From NCBI GenBank assembly GCA_035318925.1, contig DATHDS010000032.1, positions 5,993 through 69,992 on the forward strand: DNA of 64,000 nucleotides, read 5' to 3'. This document shows, piece after piece, positions 57,566-64,000 of this stretch (positions are counted from its first letter, which is position 1; each line of letters starts with the position of its first letter). This DNA comes from Gaiellaceae bacterium. GTDB taxonomy: Bacteria; Actinomycetota; Thermoleophilia; Gaiellales; Gaiellaceae. The notes under the pieces were generated by a model. It searched no databases, was not told the DNA's origin, and saw nothing but the letters and a program-made list of their open reading frames with translations. The position numbers were made by a program, and so were the translations under genes.

Positions 57566-59104
57566 TTAGTGAACCGAGGCGACGATCTCTTCGGAGAGGC
57601 TCGGGTAGTTCGAGAGGAACTCGGCGCGCTCGTCCTTCAACTGCTCGACGGCAGCGTCGTACTCCTGCTTGCGACCCGTTGCCTCGTACAGCCGCCGCGG
57701 CTGGAGCACATCGAGGTCGGCCTCGTCGATTCCCGGAACCGAGCTCGCAACGGAGTAGCCGAAGTCGGGGTCGGTCTCCCACTCGATCGTCCCCTCGGCG
57801 ATGCCCTTCACGATGGCGGAGGAGTGCTTGATCTTCACCTTCTTCGAGCGCGCGTCGTCCTCGGGGCCGCCCACCCGCCCGGTGTTCATCAGATAGACCT
57901 CGAGCGGATGCTCCTCCAGCAGTTCGAGGAACCGGTTCCCCTGGAGATCGTGCGGCAGCGGGAAGAACGGGTTCGTTCCCGGCACCCGCAGGAACTTGCC
58001 CGCCTCGTCGGCGCCGCCTGCGCTCGTGCCCTGCGTCTCGCCGAGCATGAAGAAGGCCGCTGCCTGCGGTCCCTCGAGCTTCGCGACCGCTGGGATCACG
58101 TTCTCGTTCCGGTTGAGGATGAGCAGGAAGTGCGCGTCCTCGATCTCCTCGTCGACGCCTGACTCGATCACGCCGAACGGGAACGTCGCGCGGCCGTTCT
58201 GCGTGTAGCTCGTGTCGTAGAAGTCGACGGCGTTCCCGTGCTGGGACACGTTCTCGAGGTACGAGTCGGGTTGCGTGACCGCGCCGTAGATCGTCGGCTC
58301 GTCCTCGGGGTTGAGCCCGAACGTCTTCGCGAAGCAGCCGTTCTCGGTCGCCATGATCCGCCCGTCGGGCATCCAGCCCACGAAATCGTCCTGGACCGGG
58401 AGCGATCCGTTCTGGCGCGTGAAGGTCGTCGTCGTCTTGCCTGTTCCGGAGAGACCCACGATCAGGCCGACGCGGGGGCCCTGGCGGGTCGGGATGATCT
58501 TGCAGCCCGCGTGCAGCGGGAGCCCGCCGCGGTCGTGGACGAGCTTGTTCCACATGCGGAGCCCGCCCTTCTTCGACTCGCCGAAGTAGTCCGAGTTGAA
58601 GATCCGCGTCACGCCCTGCTCGAGGTCGACGGCGATCAACCGGTCGTCCGGATAGCCCTCGACCTTCAGGTTCGGCGTGTAGACGACGGTCAGCTCGGGC
58701 TCGTGGCTCTCATCGTCCGGCTCGAAGTAGAGCTGCTGCTGCATGCCGGCGATGTTGGCGTTCGCGGCCTCGATGAAAAGGCGTGCGGAAGTCCGGAACT
58801 CCAGGTCGTTTCCGATATAGCCGTCGATCTGGATCATCTCCCGGCCGGCGATGTAGGCGTCCTGTGCTTCGGCCCACTTGAGCCCTTCTTCGTGCGTGAT
58901 CGCCTGGTTCTGCCCGTCGGGCTCGTCCGTGACGATGAAGGTCGAACGCTTGGAGCGCGAGACGACTTCCGTCTGCACGTTCAGGTTCCCGTACTGCGTC
59001 GGCTTCGCGTTCGGCATCTTCGCCGCGAGCTCCTTGACCTCGTCGGCACTCGGGTTCTCGAACAGCTTGCCCGCCTTCGGCAGGCGGAACAACATCTTCG
59101 CCAC
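57566..59104 (-). CDS. pckA: phosphoenolpyruvate carboxykinase (ATP)
   Basis: 512 aa, with the GLSGTGKTT kinase-1a P-loop and the overall PckA pattern (FNSDYFGESKKG; NTGRVGG). Confidence 0.95.
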   Translation of the reverse strand: MAKMLFRLPKAGKLFENPSADEVKELAAKMPNAKPTQYGNLNVQTEVVSRSKRSTFIVTDEPDGQNQAITHEEGLKWAEAQDAYIAGREMIQIDGYIGNDLEFRTSARLFIEAANANIAGMQQQLYFEPDDESHEPELTVVYTPNLKVEGYPDDRLIAVDLEQGVTRIFNSDYFGESKKGGLRMWNKLVHDRGGLPLHAGCKIIPTRQGPRVGLIVGLSGTGKTTTTFTRQNGSLPVQDDFVGWMPDGRIMATENGCFAKTFGLNPEDEPTIYGAVTQPDSYLENVSQHGNAVDFYDTSYTQNGRATFPFGVIESGVDEEIEDAHFLLILNRNENVIPAVAKLEGPQAAAFFMLGETQGTSAGGADEAGKFLRVPGTNPFFPLPHDLQGNRFLELLEEHPLEVYLMNTGRVGGPEDDARSKKVKIKHSSAIVKGIAEGTIEWETDPDFGYSVASSVPGIDEADLDVLQPRRLYEATGRKQEYDAAVEQLKDERAEFLSNYPSLSEEIVASVH

Positions 59105-59273
59105 TGCGGCTTGCTCCTTGGGAATCGGGGAGGGAGAGAATGTTACCCGGCTCCAGACCAGCTTCTCAACGGGAAACGGACCGCCCGACTCCCGCCGTTA
59201 GGGATCGGTGACCCGGCCGTGACCTGCCCATTGGCCCTCCGCTCGAGCGTGGTCTCGAGAAAGGAGGTGCGCA

Positions 59274-59522
59274 ATGGGCAGGAAGATCCTCGTCTATCTG
59301 ATCACCACAGCGGCGGCGGTGGCGGACCCTGAGTTGCACTCACTGGGGGCCGCTCGGCCCACAGGTCACACTTCGGAGAGCCCCGGCTGGGGCTCTCCGA
59401 ACGTCTGCGCTACGCCACCGGGAGCTTGCTCAGCAGCGAGCGGCCTGCCTGGGCCGAGACGATATTTCCCTTTCGATCGAAGAGGCGTACCGCCCGCTGG
59501 ACGCAATCCGTCGCGTCGGTAG
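59274..59522 (+). CDS. doubtful small ORF with strong Shine-Dalgarno
   Basis: AAGGAGG lies 6 nt before the ATG and the N-terminus is hydrophobic (MGRKILVYLITTAAAVA). However, the ORF runs through the 59375-59398 hairpin and 113 nt into the convergent regulator gene, and GC3 decays. Confidence 0.25.
   Translation: MGRKILVYLITTAAAVADPELHSLGAARPTGHTSESPGWGSPNVCATPPGACSAASGLPGPRRYFPFDRRGVPPAGRNPSRR
59375..59398. terminator. perfect 10-bp GC-rich hairpin just downstream of the large regulator gene
   Basis: GGAGAGCCCC-GGCT-GGGGCTCTCC, 12 nt beyond the stop at 59410-59412. Confidence 0.5.
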
Positions 59523-62500
59523 GGTTGTCGGAGGCGCGCAACACCTCGGCGAGGTCGAGCAGGACCGTGCCGTGGTCGCTGATCGCATCGGTTTCGCCCG
59601 CAATGCGAGCTGCCTCGAAACCGAGCGCCTTGGCCTCGGGGAACGCACCCTGACGGGCCAGGAGCTTCGCTCGGACCCTTCGCCAAGTGTGCTGAGCGTT
59701 GACGTCGTCGTCAGCCGCGCGCTTCTGGGCAAGGTCGATCCAATCGCTTGCCTCCTCTTCGCGTCCCTGTAGATAGAGGGCATCTGCGAGCTCCGCGGCC
59801 ACCGTGGAAAGGCCCGCCTCATCATGGATTCGATCAAAGATCTCGCAGCATTCGCGGAGGGCGCGCTCTGCCGAGTCGACGTCGCCCGCAAGCAGTTCGA
59901 CACGACCACAGACTCGTCCGCTGTTATTCGCGAGCGCGTAGGTCTCGCCGATCTCTTCGTACGTTGCCGTCGCCTCAAGGAGGAGTCGGCGTGCTTCTTC
60001 GAAGCGGCTCTCGAGTCCGACGAGCCCTCCCATGAAGCACAGGACATTCGCTCGGCCCGTCCGATCGGTCGCCTGCTCGAGCAGCTCGTCGCAGCGTGCA
60101 AGAGCTTCACCGACCGGTGTCGGCCCGTGGAACAGGGCGGCCCCCAGCTCTGCCAGGCACCCGGACGCTGACCAACCGGAGCGGCGGTAGTGGACAAGCG
60201 CGCGCTCGGCTGCTTCCTGCCAGTCTGCAAGACGGCCCTGGATTCCCCCTCGAACGTATCCGACGTGACGCCAGGCACGTCCAAGGCCGCGGTCATCGTC
60301 CAGCTCCTCGAAGATCGGGATCGCCTCCGTCGCGAGACGAAGCAAGTCGTCGGAGTTCGTGCTGGATTCGCTGAAGAGTCGAAGGTGGGCCCGTTCGAGC
60401 CGGGCTCGGAGCTCGACCCGGCGGTCCTGGGCCGAGCCGATCGCCACGTCGAGGGTCTTCTCGGCGCCATCGAAGTCACCGGACCACCTCTGGGCGATTC
60501 CGAGCTCGCACAGCACTTCGGCACGCGCGGGCCCTTGCCGTGGCAAGAGTCGAGCTGCGCGGCCGAGCAGATTGATTGTTGCCGGGTTGTCGGCGCGTTT
60601 CCACGCGCGAATCCCTGCTGCCGCAAGGCGATCGCCGGCCCAGGCTGCGAGTCGCTCGAGCTCCGGGTCGGTAGAGCGCAGCTCGCTCCGGAAGCGGTGG
60701 GCCTGCTCAGCGTGATGGCCGACAAGCTCGTCGGCTTCGTCCCTCTGTTCAAGCCAGCTGGCGTGCCGCTCGTGCAGGTCGGCTCTTTGCTCCTTTGTGA
60801 TTCCTGCATATGTGACATCTCGGATGAGGACGTGGTGGAAGCGAAATTCGTCGTCCGGCGATTCACGCGAGCGCAGGGCCTGGATCAGCCCTCTGCGCTC
60901 GAGCGTGACGAGGCGTCTGTCGACCGTCGCCACCGTCTCCGGCGGGGAGAGATGGCGGACCGCGCTGCGCACGAAGTCCTTCCCGACGACGGCCGCCCGT
61001 TCGAGGACAGCGCGATCCTCCGTGTCGAGGCTGTCCAGACGGCTGGCCAGCAGCGCCTCGATGGAAGCGGGAACGGCTTCGTCGAGGGCGTCCGGGCCGA
61101 TATCCGTGACGTAGGCGAGGAGCTGCTCGACGAAGAGCGCGTTTCCCTCGGCGATCGCAACGATGCGAGCGTGCGTCTTCTCTAAGAGCTCCGTCTCGCC
61201 GGCAAGCTCGGCGAGCAGAGTGCCGGCCTCGGCTCCGGACAGCGGGTCGAGCGTGATCGTCTCAGTGCTCGACTTCCACCCGGGACGCTTCTCGAGAAGC
61301 TCCGGCCGAGCGATGCAGAGCACGAGGATCTGCGCGTCCGAGATCCAGGCCCCGAGGTACTCGACCAGGTCCAGCAGCGTCGGCTCTGCCCAGTGGACGT
61401 CCTCGACGACGACGACGAGCGGTCGCCTTGCCGCAAGCGCCTCGAAGAAGCGCCGGACCGCCCAGAACAGCTCACCCGTCGGTGCATGGCCCTCGGCGCG
61501 ACCGGTGAGCTCGGACATTCGGTCGGCGATCAGGGCGGCATGCTCGTCGCCGTCGAGGAGGGCCGCGATCGTCGCCTGGGGCCGAGTCGGGGCAGCTTGT
61601 CGCACGATCTCGGCGAGAGGGAGGTACGTGGCTCCCTCTCCATAGGAGACGCATCGTCCGACGAGCGCCGTCGCCTCCGCACCGAGCGCGGAGACGAATT
61701 CCGAGGTCAGTCGTGTCTTCCCAATGCCCGCGTCCCCGAGGATGACCACTACACGGCTGCGACGCTCGTCCCGGACGAGCTCGAAGGCACTCTGCAGGCG
61801 ATTTAGCTCGTCCTGCCTGCCGACGAGAGACGCACTTGCCTGGGGACGTAGGCCGGCGCTCTCGCCGAGCGCCACGAGGCGGAATGCCGGAACTCGGCCT
61901 AGCGAGCCACCGGCGTCGACCGGTTCGACCGGCTCCATCGTCGCCGCCTCGCGGAGTACGGTTCGGGTCGCGTCGCCGAGCAGCGTCTCGCCTGGAAGCG
62001 CGGCCTGCTGGAGCCGCATCGCAACCGTAACGGCCACCCCCGTCGCAAGCGACTGGCCGGAAGCCGCGTCCCCCGCGAGCACCTCTCCCGTGTTGATCCC
62101 GGTCCGGACCTGGATCATGAGCCCGTGATCACGCTCGAGCTCCCGGTTCAGCCGGAGGAGCGCATCGCGGAGCTCGGTCGCCGCGCGCACCGCCCGGAGC
62201 GGGTCGTCCTCGTGCATCTGCGGGATTCCGAAGACCGCGATCGCGGCGTCGCCGATGAACTTCTCGAGAGTGCCCCCGTGGCGCTCGACGACGGTGCGAA
62301 CAGTGTCGAAATAACGCCGCATCACCATGCGCAAGACCTCTGGATCGAGCGCGGCCGCGAAGCTCGTGGAGTCGACGATGTCGGTGAAGAGGATCGTCAC
62401 GGTCTTCCGCCGCTCCTGTCCGGGAGGAGTCGCTGCGGCGGTCGCCCTCTCGGGGACGTCGAGCTCCGGGTCGTGCCTCAGGACCGACTGCTCTAGCCGT

Positions 62501-63192
62501 TGCAGCTCGGGCGACGGCTCGATACCGAGCTCCTCCACGAGTGTCTCGCGGGCTTGCCGGTAGGCGGTGAGCGCCTCCGCCTGCCTGCCCGAGCGGTAGA
62601 GCGCGAGCATGAGCTGGCCGCGCAGCCGCTCCCGCAAGGGGTGCTCGCCAACGAGAGCCTCGAGCTCTCCCACGAGCTTCGAGTGGCGGCCGAGCTCGAG
62701 CTCTGCCTGAACGAGCTCCTCGCGGGCAACGGTGCGGAGCTCTTCCAGGCGGGCGATCTCGACGAGGGCGAAGGGCTCGAAGGCCAGGTCGGCGAGAGGA
62801 GATCCGCGCCAGAGCCCGAGCGCCTCGTGCAGGAGGCTTGAGCGCCGCTCGGGGTCTCCACCCTCCGCGGCCTGGCCCACGAGCCGCTCGAATCGGTGTA
62901 GATCGACCCGCTCGGGATCGAGGTCGAGGACATAGCCGGGTGGACGAGTGAGCACAGCATCACGCCCGAGCGTCTTGCGCAGATCGGAGACGAGGTTCTG
63001 GAGCGAGCCGACCGCCGCCTTCGGAGGATTCCCGGCCCAGAGATCTTCGACGAGCCGGTCGGTGGAGACGATCTCGCCGGCGTGAAGCAACAGCAACGCC
63101 AGGAGGGAGCGCTGCTTCCGCCTTTTGAGCTCGAGCGGCCGCCCCTCTACCCGGACCTCGAAAGGGCCTAGGACGCGGAACTCGACTTCCAC
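59410..63192 (-). CDS. multidomain regulator: SARP (OmpR-type wHTH + BTAD) - class III nucleotide cyclase - STAND/AAA P-loop NTPase - TPR
   Basis: - aa 1-250: FRVLGPFEV..LLALLLL plus BTAD.
- aa about 262-445: TILFTDIVDSTSF, KFIGDAAIAVFG and GINTGEV cyclase motifs.
- aa 485-492: GDAGIGKT.
- The C-terminal 500 aa or so are helical TPR-like repeats. Confidence 0.85.
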   Translation of the reverse strand: MEVEFRVLGPFEVRVEGRPLELKRRKQRSLLALLLLHAGEIVSTDRLVEDLWAGNPPKAAVGSLQNLVSDLRKTLGRDAVLTRPPGYVLDLDPERVDLHRFERLVGQAAEGGDPERRSSLLHEALGLWRGSPLADLAFEPFALVEIARLEELRTVAREELVQAELELGRHSKLVGELEALVGEHPLRERLRGQLMLALYRSGRQAEALTAYRQARETLVEELGIEPSPELQRLEQSVLRHDPELDVPERATAAATPPGQERRKTVTILFTDIVDSTSFAAALDPEVLRMVMRRYFDTVRTVVERHGGTLEKFIGDAAIAVFGIPQMHEDDPLRAVRAATELRDALLRLNRELERDHGLMIQVRTGINTGEVLAGDAASGQSLATGVAVTVAMRLQQAALPGETLLGDATRTVLREAATMEPVEPVDAGGSLGRVPAFRLVALGESAGLRPQASASLVGRQDELNRLQSAFELVRDERRSRVVVILGDAGIGKTRLTSEFVSALGAEATALVGRCVSYGEGATYLPLAEIVRQAAPTRPQATIAALLDGDEHAALIADRMSELTGRAEGHAPTGELFWAVRRFFEALAARRPLVVVVEDVHWAEPTLLDLVEYLGAWISDAQILVLCIARPELLEKRPGWKSSTETITLDPLSGAEAGTLLAELAGETELLEKTHARIVAIAEGNALFVEQLLAYVTDIGPDALDEAVPASIEALLASRLDSLDTEDRAVLERAAVVGKDFVRSAVRHLSPPETVATVDRRLVTLERRGLIQALRSRESPDDEFRFHHVLIRDVTYAGITKEQRADLHERHASWLEQRDEADELVGHHAEQAHRFRSELRSTDPELERLAAWAGDRLAAAGIRAWKRADNPATINLLGRAARLLPRQGPARAEVLCELGIAQRWSGDFDGAEKTLDVAIGSAQDRRVELRARLERAHLRLFSESSTNSDDLLRLATEAIPIFEELDDDRGLGRAWRHVGYVRGGIQGRLADWQEAAERALVHYRRSGWSASGCLAELGAALFHGPTPVGEALARCDELLEQATDRTGRANVLCFMGGLVGLESRFEEARRLLLEATATYEEIGETYALANNSGRVCGRVELLAGDVDSAERALRECCEIFDRIHDEAGLSTVAAELADALYLQGREEEASDWIDLAQKRAADDDVNAQHTWRRVRAKLLARQGAFPEAKALGFEAARIAGETDAISDHGTVLLDLAEVLRASDNPTDATDCVQRAVRLFDRKGNIVSAQAGRSLLSKLPVA

Positions 63193-63470
63193 TGCTCCCG
63201 TTCTACCACTGTCAAGGGCGCGCTCCTAACCAGCGCGTGAGCTGCCCATGAGCGCTGCGTGAGAGGTGCACCGCAACCTCGCCGCATGCAGCACACACGA
63301 CCAGCAGACCTCATTACGGAGGCCGAGCGCTACCTCGCCGCCGTCGAGCTCTTCCGCGCCGAGGGCCGCCAGCTGCATTGGCGGCTCGAGCGGGGTGCTC
63401 CAGGGCCTCGTCGAGGCGGTTCGCGCTCCACTTCTCGAGGGCCGCTCGAGTCCATACCAAGGAGGACGCA

Positions 63471-64000
63471 ATGAGCATGGCACGACGCTTCATCCTCGCC
63501 GCCGCAGTCCTGACGCTCGTATTCGCGACCGGTCTTTCGGCTGCCGCCGGCGATCTCGATACGAGCTTCAACGGCACCGGCAAGGTCCTGACCGATTTCG
63601 CCGGAGGATCGAACGACCTCGCCAACGGCGTTGCGGTTCAGGCCGACGGCAAAGTGGTTGTCGCCGGCGGAAGCAATAACGAGACAGACAGCAGCTTCGC
63701 GGTCGTCCGCTATACGGTAAACGGCGCCCTCGATCCCGCGTTCGACGGTGACGGAAAAGTTCGTACTGACTTCACGTCGTCGTCTACAGAGTGGGCGCAG
63801 TCTCTCGCGATTCAGCCAGATGGAAAGATCGTCGTGATTGGCCCTGTCGGCCTCCCCGGAAACGGAACCGGCGCTGATTTCGGGCTCGTACGGTACAACG
63901 CGGACGGGACGCTTGATGCCGGCTTCAGCGGAGACGGCAAAGTGGTGATCGACTTCGCCCACACCACCGACTTCCCGGAATCGGTCGCGCTCCAGTCCGA
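63471..64000 (+). CDS. delta-60 (beta-propeller type) repeat protein, 3' end outside window
   Basis: Not in the track because no stop falls within the window. The ATG follows AAGGAGG. There is a signal peptide, then repeats of LD.SF.G.GKV..DF...D.A..VAVQADGKVVVAG..FAVVRY..NGALDPAFDGDGKV. Confidence 0.7.
   Translation, partial: MSMARRFILAAAVLTLVFATGLSAAAGDLDTSFNGTGKVLTDFAGGSNDLANGVAVQADGKVVVAGGSNNETDSSFAVVRYTVNGALDPAFDGDGKVRTDFTSSSTEWAQSLAIQPDGKIVVIGPVGLPGNGTGADFGLVRYNADGTLDAGFSGDGKVVIDFAHTTDFPESVALQS

Noticed and set aside
63259-63474. 71-aa ORF upstream of the delta-60 repeat gene, with a coding-like stretch ADLITEAERYLAAVELFRAEGRQLHWRLE
   Set aside because: Only about 30 codons have coding-like GC3. 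The rest is Arg/Ser/Gly junk, and there is no SD. It could be a decayed fragment, but I cannot assign it, so it is not called as a feature.

Overview
Dense, high-GC (about 70% by eye) bacterial chromosome segment with about 65 protein genes and one tRNA. I saw no rRNA, CRISPR array or prophage. All calls come from reading the translated ORFs and the nucleotide sequence; no searches were run, so family names rest on motifs I recognise.

The content looks like a deep-branching Gram-positive or actinobacterial organism (CarD, ClpC, a SARP regulator, an F420-type reductase, a delta-60 repeat protein). It also has Firmicutes-like gene order and a Spo0H-type sigma factor.

Layout:
- 1-15.6 kb: Wzx/Wzy-dependent exopolysaccharide locus with glycosyltransferases, flippase, polymerase, a Wzz/BY-kinase with its PHP phosphatase, a priming transferase, a deacetylase and a secreted glycosidase.
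- 15.9-31.5 kb: housekeeping block of clpC, nfeD-SPFH, radA, carD, ispD-HAD-ispF, a very short gltX-like gene, cysS, rlmB, yacP, sigH and tRNA-Thr.
- 31-32 kb: small lower-GC islet around the tRNA.
- 32-44 kb: ABC-F ATPase, Cys/Met PLP enzyme, acyl-CoA carboxylase subunits, a GGDEF/HD-GYP protein, NlpC/P60, pgsA and a JmjC oxygenase.
- 44-59 kb: central metabolism (sucC, sucD, aminotransferase, mdh, icd, citrate synthase, pckA), interrupted by a two-recombinase module.
- 59.4-63.2 kb: a 1260-aa SARP-cyclase-STAND-TPR protein, followed by a partial delta-60 repeat gene.

Signals most worth a second look:
1. A 2.07-kb module of two overlapping Xer-type recombinase genes, bracketed by 93-bp direct repeats that contain a dif-like palindrome.
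2. A 27-nt palindrome embedded in the same reading phase in two unrelated essential genes, coding the same nonapeptide in both.
3. A family of GGGTTTGGCG inverted-repeat elements sitting exactly on TAG stop codons of convergent genes, one of them MITE-like with a CTAG duplication.
4. An acidic DGTDSDS-repeat mini-protein whose gene overlaps a JmjC/cupin oxygenase gene.

Many long six-frame ORFs in the track are antisense artefacts of the high GC content and were not called.
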